From assembly GCA_963747095.1 (NCBI GenBank), contig CAVVEL010000022.1, positions 3,959-67,958 on the forward strand: DNA of 64,000 bases, written 5' to 3'. Made by a program: the position numbers and the translations under genes. The notes beneath the pieces are model-generated. The model saw only the letters and a list, made by a program, of their open reading frames with translations. It did not search any database and was not told the origin of the DNA. Below are positions 17,034 through 27,743 of this stretch, in pieces. This DNA comes from Terriglobia bacterium (GTDB lineage Bacteria; Acidobacteriota; Terriglobia; JAJPHL01). Position 1 is the stretch's first letter; each line of letters opens with the position of its first letter.

Positions 17034-18330
17034 GATCGATCTCCTTTCCCGCCGACGAGAGATACAATTCCTTATCGGCAACGTGAGGCAGGGTCAGGCC
17101 GCTCTGCGGAATGCAGGCGATCCGGGCGTCTGGCGCTAATCCAGCTAAGGCTTCATTCAAGGCTTCTTGCGGGTTCTGCACCGGGACGAAAAGGCAGTTC
17201 CGTACCAGCGCTTCCGGCAACTTGGAGTAACAAAGGATGCGATAACGTTCGCCTAGCCGGACGACCCAGTAAGCCTTGTGACCGCCGACGACGAAATGTT
17301 CGCGCAATTCGATTTCCATGGCCGCGGAACTGGAATATTTTTGCAGCCATTCGACCAGCGCCTTGGTTCCCGCCCCATCGGCACACTCGGCCAGAAATAG
17401 CAGAGTACCACCGTGCCGAAGCACGCGCGCGGCATTCTCCAGGCTCTTGTGCGCCTGGCGCAAATCGATGTCGAAGGGAAAACCTCCCGCGCTGGCGATC
17501 ACCAGGTCGTACGGCGCGGCCGTTTCCACTTTGTAGAGCACGTCAACCGCCTGGCACCCAGAGCGGTGGGCCTGTTCATAGTGGCCGGCGACGACGCACG
17601 CAAATCCGCCCTGCGGGTGAAGCACTACATTCAAGATAAAGTCGGGACGAAATAGACGGCAAGCCTCCATGAGATCCTCATGAATGGGATTGCCTTCCAG
17701 AACTCCGCTCCGGCAATTGGGGTCCATGAACATACGGTGATTAAAAGAGATGGTCTCGGCCCCCGCAACTCCCGGCACCAAGCCTTTTCGTCCACCACTA
17801 TAGCCCGCCAAGAGGTGATAAATAATTTCTCCAGTCAGGATCACGAAGTCGGCTTCGCGCACGCGGCGATTGATCCAGACCGGATTGCCTCGGCTGGTGC
17901 GTCCAATCTCGACCAAGTTCGCGCTGTCGAAAGCATCGTGATCGAAGAGTTGCAGACGGCGCGCCATCTCGGGACCCACGATTAGGCGCCGTTCTTCCGG
18001 CGTCTGCGCGCGGTGCAAACCGAGCGCAAAGACCAGGGAGATCTGAGCATCCGTAACGCCGGCGCGGTTGAGCTCCGCGACGAGCAGTGGCAGGAACAGA
18101 TCGGTGTACACCAGGCGGGTAATGTCATTGACGACAATGACGACTCGCTGGTGGGGCTTGACGAGGTCCCGCAACGGCGGACTGCCAATGGGATGCCGGA
18201 CGGCCTGCAGCACAGCTTCCTCGACCGACTTCAAAGGAACGCTGCGCGCCGGCTCGAGGATATCGCACGAGAAACCGTCCGGCAGGGAGAGGCGGCACTG
18301 GGAATGACCGAATTTGAGCGGCAGGTCCAT
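17014..18330 (-). CDS. LarA-family (nickel-pincer-nucleotide dependent) 2-hydroxyacid racemase/epimerase homolog
   Basis: VVIVVNDITRLV (DUF2088 NDxTR), AGYSGGRKGLVPG (equivalent of the cofactor-tethering Lys in FAGFSGGPKAVMPG of LarA), NHRMFMDPNCRSGVLEGNPIHEDL, GGHKAYW. ATG 18330 is preferred over the track GTG 18351. Confidence 0.6.
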   Translation of the reverse strand: MDLPLKFGHSQCRLSLPDGFSCDILEPARSVPLKSVEEAVLQAVRHPIGSPPLRDLVKPHQRVVIVVNDITRLVYTDLFLPLLVAELNRAGVTDAQISLVFALGLHRAQTPEERRLIVGPEMARRLQLFDHDAFDSANLVEIGRTSRGNPVWINRRVREADFVILTGEIIYHLLAGYSGGRKGLVPGVAGAETISFNHRMFMDPNCRSGVLEGNPIHEDLMEACRLFRPDFILNVVLHPQGGFACVVAGHYEQAHRSGCQAVDVLYKVETAAPYDLVIASAGGFPFDIDLRQAHKSLENAARVLRHGGTLLFLAECADGAGTKALVEWLQKYSSSAAMEIELREHFVVGGHKAYWVVRLGERYRILCYSKLPEALVRNCLFVPVQNPQEALNEALAGLAPDARIACIPQSGLTLPHVADKELYLSSAGKEIDHVSDYA

Positions 18331-18344
18331 GGAACTCGTGTAGA

Positions 18345-18368
18345 ATATCACATATCAGATGTCAGATG
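18345..18368. promoter_or_regulatory. AT-rich recurrent motif, site 4 (degenerate: ATATCACATATCAGATGTCAGATGA) between the divergent LarA-like and molybdoenzyme operons
   Basis: The reverse complement contains TGACATCTGATATGTGA, which matches TGATATCTGATATATCA with 3 mismatches. Confidence 0.35.
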
Positions 18369-18399
18369 ATTAACAAGGTGCAAGAAAGCTTCCTCCACA

Positions 18400-19860
18400 A
18401 TGCGCTATGGCTTCATACTAGATCAACGAAAATGTATCGGGTGCCACGCCTGCACGGTGGCCTGCAAGACCGAAAACCAGGTGCCGGTGGGCAGCTTTCG
18501 GACCTGGGTCAAGTACGTCGAAAAGGGAGAGTATCCCGAGACGCGCCGACACTTCGGCGTAATGCGCTGCAATCACTGCGAGAATGCGCCGTGCGTCAAG
18601 ATCTGTCCTGTGAATGCGTTGTATACTCGCCCCGACGGCATCGTGGATCTCGATGGCGACAAGTGCATCGGCTGCCAGTCCTGCATGCAGGCTTGTCCCT
18701 ACGACGCCCTCTACATCAACCCCGACCGGGGGGTGGCGGAGAAGTGTCATTTTTGCGCGCATCGCGTGGAACGCGGGCTGGAGCCGGCCTGCGTGATCGT
18801 GTGCCCCGTGCAGGCGATCGTCCCGGGAGACCTGGACAATCCGCAGTCGCAGATTTCGCAGCTTGTGGCGCGCCTGCCGTCCCAAGTCCGCAAGCCGGAG
18901 CAAGGGACACGGCCCAAAGTTTTTTATCTCGGCGCGGATCAAGACGCCATTTCTCCCGGCGGCAACAGCGACATTCCAGCCTCCTATCTGTGGTCCGAGG
19001 GCCCAGCGGAGATTCTCCAGCAGTTGATGGACCCGGCGCAGCTTCCGGCCACGCACGAAGTATACAACGTGAGTCACGCGAAGTCCTGGGGCTGGCATAT
19101 TTCCGCCTATCTCTGGACAAAAGCGATTTCAGCCGGTGTGGCGATTGTGGGCGCAATCGGAATGATGGAATCCCCAGGAAGAACGGATCGCCTGGCGCCG
19201 CTACTCAGTTTGATTTTTCTGGCGATTACCACGGCGTTGTTGATCGGCGATCTAAAGCGTCCGGAGCGTTTCTGGCGACTGATCCTGGCGCCGAACTGGA
19301 CTTCCTGGCTGGTTTGGGGCGGATACATTCTGATGGCTTTCGGCGGTGTGGTCAGCTTGTGGTGGCTGTGGGGCAATCCGCCACCGTGGTTGCTGCTTGT
19401 TAGTATTGTGCTAGGCGCGGCGGCGGCGGGATACTCGGCGTTCCTGTTCGCACAGGCGGAAGGCCGCGACTTCTGGCAAAGCCCGTTGCTTTTGCCGCAT
19501 CTGGTGGCGCAAGCGGTGGTCGCCGGAGCCGGCGTTCTGATGATCTGCGGATCGGCGCGACCCGCGAGTCTCGGCCTGTGGCTCGCCGGCGGTCTTGCCG
19601 TGCACCTGCTGATGATCTCTGGCGAAGTAGCTGTTCCGCACACCAATTCCGACTGCGCGCAGGCGGCCCGGCACATCACGCATCGGCGGCGGGCGTCCTT
19701 TTGGCTGCTGGCCGTCGGTTTGGGAGCGCTCGCGCCCCTGCTGTTGATAATCTTGGTGGGCGAAGCCGGCTATCGGCCGGCGGGTTTACTCGCAACGGCC
19801 GGACTCTACGTATACGAACATTTATGGATCGAAGCGGGACAAGTGGCTCCGCTTAGTTGA
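18400..19860 (+). CDS. complex iron-sulfur molybdoenzyme electron-transfer subunit: four-cluster ferredoxin domain (PsrB/NrfC-like) fused to an NrfD/PsrC-like integral membrane anchor
   Basis: Four Cys clusters (CIGCHACTVAC, CNHCENAPCVKICP, CIGCQSCMQACP, CHFCAHR...CVIVCP). The C-terminal ~300 aa has about 8 predicted TM helices. Confidence 0.75.
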   Translation: MRYGFILDQRKCIGCHACTVACKTENQVPVGSFRTWVKYVEKGEYPETRRHFGVMRCNHCENAPCVKICPVNALYTRPDGIVDLDGDKCIGCQSCMQACPYDALYINPDRGVAEKCHFCAHRVERGLEPACVIVCPVQAIVPGDLDNPQSQISQLVARLPSQVRKPEQGTRPKVFYLGADQDAISPGGNSDIPASYLWSEGPAEILQQLMDPAQLPATHEVYNVSHAKSWGWHISAYLWTKAISAGVAIVGAIGMMESPGRTDRLAPLLSLIFLAITTALLIGDLKRPERFWRLILAPNWTSWLVWGGYILMAFGGVVSLWWLWGNPPPWLLLVSIVLGAAAAGYSAFLFAQAEGRDFWQSPLLLPHLVAQAVVAGAGVLMICGSARPASLGLWLAGGLAVHLLMISGEVAVPHTNSDCAQAARHITHRRRASFWLLAVGLGALAPLLLIILVGEAGYRPAGLLATAGLYVYEHLWIEAGQVAPLS

Positions 19861-22632
19861 TTGGAATTTATTATGACTTATCCTCCATTTCAAGTTCTCT
19901 CCGCATATCCGAAGCCCGAAGAGTGGGACGATTGGGTGGAGTACGAATCCACCGCGTGGCCGCGTAAGGTGGAAAAACACTACTTCCTGGTGCCGACCGC
20001 CTGCTTCAATTGCGAAGCGGCCTGCGGCTTGCTGGCCTACGTTGACAAAGAGACGCTCGAGGTCCGCAAGTTCGAAGGCAACCCCGCGCACCCCGCCAGC
20101 CGCGGGCGCAACTGCGCCAAGGGACCCGCAACCATCACGCAGATCCACGATCCTGAGCGCATCCTGTATCCGATGAAGCGCAAAGGTGAGCGCGGCGCGG
20201 GCGAATGGGAGCGCGTCTCCTGGGACGCGGTGCTGGACGACATCGCCGGACGCATCCGTCAGGCGCTGGTGGAGAAACGCGGCAATGAGATCATGTATCA
20301 TGTGGGCCGTCCTGGAGCGGATGGCTACATGGATCGCGTGCTCCAGGCGTGGGGCATCGACGGGCACAACAGCCATACCAACATTTGTTCGGCGTCGGCG
20401 CGCCTGGGATACAACTTGTGGCAAGGCCACGACCGGCCGTCGCCGGATCACGCGCGGGCGCGCTTCATTTTGCTGCTGAGCGCGCATCTGGAAACCGGAC
20501 ACTACTTCAATCCCCACGCGCAGCGCGTGATCGAAGCGAAGATGCGCGGCGCCAAGATCGCCTGCATCGACGTGCGGCTTTCCAACACCGCGTCGCAATC
20601 GGATTACTGGATCTCCCCGTGGCCCGGCTCGGAAGCGGCGCTGTTGCTGGCCGTGGCGCGGGAGTTGGTGGAGAGCGATCGCGTGAATCACGAGTTCATG
20701 CGCCGCTGGGTGAATTGGCGGGAGTACCTGCGCCATGCCGGCGTGGAAGTAAAGTACGAAAACTTTATCGCGGAACTGAAGCGGGTCTATGCCGAGTTCA
20801 CTCCGGAGTTCGCGGCGCAGGAATGCCGCATCGGGCCGGAGATCGTCCAGACGCTGGCCGACGAAATCGCCGCGGCGGGCACGGCGTTCGCCAGCCACGT
20901 GTGGCGCAACACGGCGGCCGGTAACCTCGGGGGATGGCAGGTGGCCCGGGCCCTCGAATTCCTCCATGTGCTCACCGGATCGGTGGGCACGGAGGGCGGA
21001 TTGCTGCCCAACGGCTGGAATAAATTTGTCCCCGCGCCGTTCCTGAAACCGTCGCCGCAAAAAATGTGGAGCGAGTTGCTGTGGCCCAAGGAATATCCGC
21101 TGGCCTTCCACGAAATGAGCTTCCTGCTGCCGCACATGATGAAGGAAGGCCGCGCCAAGCTGGCCGTCTACTTCACGCGCGTCTACAACCCGGTGTGGAC
21201 CAATCCGGACGGCGCCACCTGGATGGATGTGCTGCAAGACGAGAGCAAGATCGGCCTGCACGTGGCGCTTTCGCCGATGTGGAGCGAAACCACGATGTTC
21301 GCCGATTACGTCCTGCCCATGGGCATGGCCAGCGAGCGGCACGACATTCAGAGCCAGGAAACTCATGCCAGCCGCTGGATCGCGTTCCGCCAGCCGGTGA
21401 TGCGCGTGGTGCAGGAGAAACTCGGCAAGAAGGTGGAGTTTACCTATCAGGCTAATCCCGGCGAGGTCTGGGAAGAAGACGAGTTCTGGATTGAGCTGAG
21501 CTGGCGCATCGATCCCGACGGATCGCTGGGCATCCGGAAGTATTTCGAATCGCCTTATCGCGCCGGCCAGAAGCTGACCATCGACGAGTATTACCGCTGG
21601 ATCTTCGAGAACAGCGTTCCGGGATTGCCGGAGCGCGCCGCGCGCGAAAACCTTACGCCGCTGGAATTCATGCGCAAGTACGGCGCGTATCAGGTGCCCG
21701 GCGAAACCACGCTGCTGCACACGCGCCGGCTTTCCGAAACGGAAACGCAAAACGCCTCGCCCGACAGCGACGGCGTGTTGCGGCGCGGCGATTTGGCGGT
21801 GGGCCTCGAAATCGACGGCGCCGCCGTGGCCGGTTTCCCCACGCCCTCGAAGCGCCTGGAGTTTTACTCTTCCACCATGCGCGATTGGAAATGGGCCGAG
21901 CACGCCTTGCCGGGATACATCCGCAGCCAGGTGCATTACTCCAACATCGACCGCTCCAAGAACGAGTATGTGTTGCTGCCGACGTTCCGCTTGCCCACGC
22001 TGATCCATACGCGGTCCGGAAACGCCAAGTACCTGAACGAAATTTCCCACCGCAATCCGGTGTGGATGCATCCGGAAGACGCCCAGCATTTGGGCGTGCG
22101 CAACGGCGAACTGCTGCGCGTTTCCACCGCCATTGGATACTTCGTGAATCGCGCCTGGATCACCGAAGGGATGAAGCCAGGCGTGGTGGCGTGCTCGCAT
22201 CACTTGGGCCGCTGGACACTGCATCGCGCTCAGGGCGAACGATGGTCGGCGGCGGTGGTGGAGTTTTCGCGCAAAGACGGAACTCTGCTGATGCGCCAGA
22301 AGGAAGGTCTCAAGCCCTTTGCTTCCTCCGATCGCGATTCCGGCCGCATCTGGTGGAGCGACGCGGGAGTCCATCAGAACCTGACGTTCCCGGTGCAACC
22401 CGATCCCATCAGCGGCATGCATTGCTGGCATCAGAAGGTAACGGTGGAAAAAGCGCACGCCGGCGATCGCTACGCCGACATTTTCGTGGATACGCGCAAG
22501 TCGATGGAGGTGTACCACGAGTGGCTGAAGAAAACGCGGCCTGCGCCGGGTCCCGGCGGGATGCGGCGTCCCTTGTGGTTCCTGCGGGCGGTCAAGCCGG
22601 ATGCGTCGGTCTACAAGATGGAAGGAAGTTAG
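19861..22632 (+). CDS. molybdopterin (bis-MGD) oxidoreductase catalytic subunit, no Tat signal
   Basis: N-terminal FeS motif CFNCEAACGLLAY...C. ~920 aa. Immediately follows the FeS-NrfD gene. Start may be ATG 19873. Confidence 0.7.
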   Translation: MEFIMTYPPFQVLSAYPKPEEWDDWVEYESTAWPRKVEKHYFLVPTACFNCEAACGLLAYVDKETLEVRKFEGNPAHPASRGRNCAKGPATITQIHDPERILYPMKRKGERGAGEWERVSWDAVLDDIAGRIRQALVEKRGNEIMYHVGRPGADGYMDRVLQAWGIDGHNSHTNICSASARLGYNLWQGHDRPSPDHARARFILLLSAHLETGHYFNPHAQRVIEAKMRGAKIACIDVRLSNTASQSDYWISPWPGSEAALLLAVARELVESDRVNHEFMRRWVNWREYLRHAGVEVKYENFIAELKRVYAEFTPEFAAQECRIGPEIVQTLADEIAAAGTAFASHVWRNTAAGNLGGWQVARALEFLHVLTGSVGTEGGLLPNGWNKFVPAPFLKPSPQKMWSELLWPKEYPLAFHEMSFLLPHMMKEGRAKLAVYFTRVYNPVWTNPDGATWMDVLQDESKIGLHVALSPMWSETTMFADYVLPMGMASERHDIQSQETHASRWIAFRQPVMRVVQEKLGKKVEFTYQANPGEVWEEDEFWIELSWRIDPDGSLGIRKYFESPYRAGQKLTIDEYYRWIFENSVPGLPERAARENLTPLEFMRKYGAYQVPGETTLLHTRRLSETETQNASPDSDGVLRRGDLAVGLEIDGAAVAGFPTPSKRLEFYSSTMRDWKWAEHALPGYIRSQVHYSNIDRSKNEYVLLPTFRLPTLIHTRSGNAKYLNEISHRNPVWMHPEDAQHLGVRNGELLRVSTAIGYFVNRAWITEGMKPGVVACSHHLGRWTLHRAQGERWSAAVVEFSRKDGTLLMRQKEGLKPFASSDRDSGRIWWSDAGVHQNLTFPVQPDPISGMHCWHQKVTVEKAHAGDRYADIFVDTRKSMEVYHEWLKKTRPAPGPGGMRRPLWFLRAVKPDASVYKMEGS

Positions 22633-22669
22633 CAACGCATTTCCTTCCACGAAGGCACAAGGGAAAAAC

Positions 22670-24250
22670 CTAACTCTTCTTCACCACCGGTGGATTGTGA
22701 TGTTCCGGATGCGTGCAGCCCTTGAACTCCGCCAAATAGGTGTTGCCCTTGTAACCGAGGTCCATCAACAATCCTTGCGGCGAAGCGTAGTAGCCCCGAA
22801 CCACCAAGCCGCGAACACGATTGAAAAACGACGATGCCGGACGGATGTCCGCCGGAACGGACTGTCCGGTGAGCGCGGTCAGGAATTCCACCTGCTGTGC
22901 GTGCGTTGCGGCGGCAAACGGTTTTCCAAGGCGCGCCTTGCAGACGCTCTGGAACTGGGCCACGGACTTGTGCACGTCGTCGTGATGCTCCTCATCGAGC
23001 CAGATCATCAGGTCGGCGTATTCATCGGCTTGCGCGGCGAGCGCTCCAGGAGTATCGGTCACGGGAATGATGGTGTCGGCGAGCGCGGAAACGTCGCGGT
23101 ATTCCTCGACGCTGAAGAACAGCGGCTTGAAGTTGGGATCGAGCGGCGGAACCGGCGGCACCGGGCGGTTCATATGGCCATGCATGTCGTGAGTGTGCTG
23201 CTCCATGGGATTGCTGTTATCGCTGGAGACGAATCGGGCGGGAGCGAGAAACGCCGCTGGTTGGCTCGACAGCGTCGCGCCAATGGTCACCAGGTCGCGC
23301 AGCATCCCGCGGCGCGCGGCTTGCGGTTCGGGCGCGGCTTCGGTCCGGGCTTGTAATTCCTCGCCCGCTTTCTTCGCTTGCGCCACTAGCGGCTGAAGTT
23401 TCCGCAGTGCTTCTCCGGCGTCTTTCACCGGCGTATTGCGCACGCGATCCTGCTTCACAACCACCCACCCGTTATAGTCGGCCTGCACCAGTGCGGCCAG
23501 TACCGCGTTGGGAGTTTCCTTGACGGTGCCGCCGTCGCCTTCCCGCAGTTGAATGTGGACGACGCGGACACCGTAGGTCTTGATCATCGGGGCTGAGGTG
23601 ATGCCCAGTTTCGCGAGAGATTGCGTATCGAAACAGAATTTGGTGTAGCGGCTGTCGGAGGTGGTGATGATCTTGCGCACGTCCGCGGCTTCTTCTTCGT
23701 GGAAGCGGTAGGCGCAATGCAAGCCGGTCTCTTCGTAGACCAACGCGCCCAGCTCCGCCAGGTTGGTGGAGTGATGATGGAAGTTGCGCGGAGTGCGCGG
23801 AATGCTTCCAAATCCCGTGCCTTCCAACACCAGCGTGCCGCAGCCCAGCGCTTGCAGCGCGCGCGCCGTAAGAACGGCGCGGCTGATGTTCTTCAGCCGC
23901 TTCTCGCGATCCGCGAAATCGCCGGAGAGCGCCGCGGTCACCAAGCCGAGTCCGTGTTCGTCCAGCATCTTGCGGAGCGCATCGGGTTGTTCGCGGAACT
24001 CCCAGATATCGTCGGCGTCCACTTCCACCCAGTCGTAGCCCGCGGCGGAGACGCCCGCCAGGGCGTCGGCGAACGAGGCGTTCGCGCCTTTTGTCCATAG
24101 GTTGGTGGAACACGCCACCTTGATTCCACGGCCCGCTTCGCTGGCCGGATGGAAACCGGTCTTCTTGCCGGTCTGCGCGACGCTGGCGCCCGCCGCCACC
24201 GCGGTGACCACACCGCTCTTGATGAATTGCCGCCGATCGACTGAAATCAT
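22670..24250 (-). CDS. Tat-exported TIM-barrel + gluconate 2-DH subunit-3 fusion, paralog 2
   Basis: MISVDRRQFIKSGVVTAVAAGASVA Tat signal. Same two-domain architecture and motifs as 9304-10893 (FFSVEEYRDVSALADTIIPVT..., VVRGYYASPQGLLMDLGYKGN). Directly downstream of the minus-strand GMC gene array. Confidence 0.7.
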   Translation of the reverse strand: MISVDRRQFIKSGVVTAVAAGASVAQTGKKTGFHPASEAGRGIKVACSTNLWTKGANASFADALAGVSAAGYDWVEVDADDIWEFREQPDALRKMLDEHGLGLVTAALSGDFADREKRLKNISRAVLTARALQALGCGTLVLEGTGFGSIPRTPRNFHHHSTNLAELGALVYEETGLHCAYRFHEEEAADVRKIITTSDSRYTKFCFDTQSLAKLGITSAPMIKTYGVRVVHIQLREGDGGTVKETPNAVLAALVQADYNGWVVVKQDRVRNTPVKDAGEALRKLQPLVAQAKKAGEELQARTEAAPEPQAARRGMLRDLVTIGATLSSQPAAFLAPARFVSSDNSNPMEQHTHDMHGHMNRPVPPVPPLDPNFKPLFFSVEEYRDVSALADTIIPVTDTPGALAAQADEYADLMIWLDEEHHDDVHKSVAQFQSVCKARLGKPFAAATHAQQVEFLTALTGQSVPADIRPASSFFNRVRGLVVRGYYASPQGLLMDLGYKGNTYLAEFKGCTHPEHHNPPVVKKS

Positions 24251-24265
24251 ATTGGGCTCCTGTTT

Positions 24266-25972
24266 CTAAGTATTTCCTTTTCGCACGTCTTCCGTCAAAT
24301 GCGCCGCGTTGCGCATGGTCAAACTCAAAATGGTCATGGTGGGATTGGTGATCCCGCTGGTGCAGTGAATCGAACCATCCGCCAGTGTCAGGTTCGGAAC
24401 GTCGTGGGTCCGGCCCCAACGGTTGGTGACAAACTTTTTCGAGTCGTCGCCCATGCGACAGGTCCCTTGTTCGTGAACGTTGGCGCCGGGAACAGCCGGA
24501 CCGGCGGAATACCTGCTGACCTTGCCGCCGGCCGCTTCAATGATCTCGATTCCCCGTTTGACCATGTCGCGCGCCATACCCTCTTGCGTGGGACCATGCT
24601 TCAGGTGGATGCGTGCCACGGAGATGCCCCAGGCGTCCTTCACATTGGGATCGAGTTCCATGAAGTTGTTGGGATCTTCCAAGCCGCAGCCGGCGCCGGT
24701 GATATTGACGCCGCTCCCCGCCACTCGCCGGGAGGCGTCCTTGATTCCGGCGCCGAACATCACTCCTCCTCCGCCTCCTCCGCCCATGGCGAAGCCGCCG
24801 TTGGAACGCATGATGTAGCGTCGCAGATAGTCTTTGCTGCGGGTTTTCTCGTCGATGTTGGCGAAGGGGTGAATCATAACATCTCCCTGATAGCCGTCCT
24901 CATTGACGATTTCGCGGCCTTCCAACTGCGGAAGTTCACCCGAGACCGAGCACGCCGTATCCTCCACCAGCCAGCGTCCCACCTGCCCGCTGGAGTTCGC
25001 CAAACCGTTGGGAAACAGGTTGGACTTCGAGTTCAACAGAATGCGCGCGGTTTCAATCGATCCCGCGGAGAGGACCACTTGTCTACCGCGAACCGCATTT
25101 TCCTGGAACGTGTAGCGATCGATGAAGGAAACGCCGGAAGCCCGCCCGCTGGAATCTACGGTAACCTCGCGGACAATCGCATTGGTGAATACCGTCATCC
25201 GCCCGGTGGCCTGCGCCACGGGCAACAGCGCGCCGACCGAAGTGAATTTCGCGCCGGAGTCGCAACCTTGGCCGCAACGGCCGCAATAGTGGCACTGGGG
25301 CCGGCCGTTATGGTCCTGGGTGATGATGGCATGCGGCTCCCGCGTGGTGATATAGCCCATCTTCTTCACCGCCGCGGTTATGATCGCGTGATTGCAGGTG
25401 TAGCCTTGCGGCGGCATGAACTCCCCATCGGGCGTGCCGGTCATCTGTCCGGCTTTCCCGCCGCTGACGCCAACCAGCAGTTCGGTCTTGGAATACCAGG
25501 GAGCCATTTCTTCGTAGGAAATCGGCCAGTCGATCCCGTAGCCGTCATAGCTGTAAGGCTTCCACTCCAGCGGTCCCCAACAAGCGCGCCGGCGTTCCAG
25601 CAATTGGTTTGGCCGCCGAGCGATCGAGCACGCACCCAGCGGTAGGGCATCCCTTCGGGATGGGTGTAGCGCCAGTCGCGGATTTTGACGAAGAAATGAT
25701 CGTTGTAATAGTTGGCGTGCGCGTTGCCGTCGAATAGATGATTTCGCTTCCTGCGGCCGCGCCCGGCGAAGTAATTTTTCGTGCCAGGCGTACGTTCGAT
25801 CTGGATCCGGCTGGTATAGCGTGTTAGCGAAGGCAGTTCCCAGGGCCACTGGTGATGGCGGATATCGCGATCCATGTTGTGCCCGCCCGCTTCCACGACG
25901 GCCACGCGCGCGCCCGCTTGCGGTGAGCACGTAGGCCATCATGCCTCCGCCCGCGCCGGAACCTACAATCAC
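24266..25972 (-). pseudogene. GMC oxidoreductase paralog with at least two frameshifts in its 5' third
   Basis: C-terminal two-thirds reads as a GMC protein. The N-terminal region reads correctly only in another frame (ORF 25441-25905: VVEAGGHNMDRDIRHHQWPWEL...YYNDHFFVKIRDWRYTHPEGMPYRWVRARSLGG). A +1 insertion relative to the intact paralog is visible near 25930. Confidence 0.6.
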
Positions 25973-25997
25973 GACATCGAAAATTTCCGCTCATAAG

Positions 25998-27741
25998 TTA
26001 GACGTGGCCGTTCCGCAGTTCCTCGTCGATCAGATGATTGGCATTGCGCATCGTGAGCGAAAGAATCGTCAGCGTCGGATCGGTGATGCCGCTGGTGCAG
26101 TGCAGCGAACCATCCGCCAGAATCAGATTCGGCACATCGTGAGTCATTGGCCCCAGCGATTCGTTACAAACTTGTTTGGGATCGTTGCCCATGCGGCAAG
26201 TGCCCTGCTCGTGGATCTGCGAGCCGGCGATGGACGATCCAGTGGTGTATGCCAGTGACCATGCCTCCCGCCTTTTCGATCCGTTCGCGTCCGATCGCTG
26301 CACCATGTCCTTCACCATCGCTTCGGCGTTCTCGCGATGTTAAAATGAATCCGCACTGCGGGGATGCCCCAGGCGTCTTTGACTCCGGGGTCGATGTCCA
26401 CGAAATTGTCGAGGATTTTCCAATCCACAACCAGCCGCCGTGAATACCGATCGCAGGCGCCCCCGGATTCCGGCGCGAGCCGATTTCTTAAATCCTGCGG
26501 GCCAAGCCCCGACCGCCCCCGCCGCCCATTCCGAATCCACCCGCGGACCGCAGCACGTAACGGCGCAAAAGTTCTTCCGGCGGCTCTTTTCGTCGACGTT
26601 GATAAAGGGATGAACACCGTGACTCCCGCGGCGTAGCTGTCTTCGTTGAGACCTCGCGGCGCCTCCAGTTGCGGCAAGCGCCCGTGAGACGCCGGCCGTG
26701 GCACGTCTTCCACCAGGTTGCGGCCCACTTGTCCGCTGGAATTCGCCAGGCCGTTGGGGAATAGAGAGGATTTCGAGTTGAGCAGCATGCGCGCCGTCTC
26801 GATGGCGCTGGCCGCGACCACAACGTAACTGCCCCGAACGCGATTTTCTTGCAACGTGTAGCGATCCATATACGCCACGCCATCGGCGCGGCCCTGGCGT
26901 CGGTGGTCACGTCGCGGACAATCGGATTAGCGAACAGTTTCATGCGTCCAGTGGCGAAGGCCGTGGGAAGCAGCGCGCCCACGGAAGTGAACTTCGCGCC
27001 GGTATCGCAACCTCGCCCGCATCGCCCGCAATAATGGCAGGCGGACACGGCCATTGTGCGGACGGGTAATGATGGCGTGCGGCCAGCCGATGGCAATATA
27101 GCCGATTTTTTCCGCCGCCGCGGCTTTCATGATCGCGGGACGACAGGAGAATGCCGGCGGGCGTCATGAATTCTCCGTCCGGACAGGCGGTGAGCTTGCC
27201 GATCTTTTCCCCACTGACGCCAATGAGTTGCTCGACTTTGCGAATACCAAGGCGCAATTTCATCGTAGGACATCGGCCAGTCGATACCCACGCCATCGTA
27301 ACTATAGGGCTTCCACTCCACGGGACCCCAGCGCGCGGCATCCGACTCCCCAACAATTCGTTTTTCCGCCGATCGCGCGCGCCCGCACCCAGCGAAGGGC
27401 AGGCCTGGCGGATGCGTATAGCGCCAGTCGCGGAGCTTCACGAAGAAATGTTCGTCGGAATATTTGCTGTGGGCATTGCCATCGAAAATAATGGTCTGCT
27501 CGCGCTCGCCCACACCGACCGTGTATCGCCGCGTGGTCAGTTTGACATGCACGGGATCCGGCTGGTAGCTCTCGCGATAGCGCAGCTCCCAAGACCATTG
27601 ATGGTGCCGGATGTCGCGGTCCATATTGTGCCCGCCGGCTTCCACCACTGCAACATTCGCGCCAAGCTCGGTCAACGTATGGGCGGCCATGCCGCCACCC
27701 GCGCCAGATCCAACGATCACGACGTCGAAGAGTTCCGCCAT
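25998..27741 (-). pseudogene. heavily decayed GMC oxidoreductase paralog (five or more frame-shifted fragments)
   Basis: Fragments 25998-26318 (C-term HEQGTCRMGNDPK...ADGSLHCTSG), 26312-26878, 26488-27096, 26940-27356 and 27127-27843 (N-term MAELFDVVIVGSGAGGGM...) each match consecutive parts of the GMC fold in different frames. Confidence 0.6.
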
Positions 27742-27743
27742 GC

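Noticed and set aside
19822-22650. 942-aa minus-strand ORF
   Set aside because: Completely antisense to the molybdopterin oxidoreductase gene, which has clear FeS/Mo-enzyme motifs. Composition is Arg/Ala/Gly-dominated.
23472-25645. ORFs 23472-24419(-), 23621-24100(+), 24299-25645(+)
   Set aside because: Overlap or lie antisense to the TIM-fusion paralog and GMC pseudogene. Same low-complexity GC-frame artefact.
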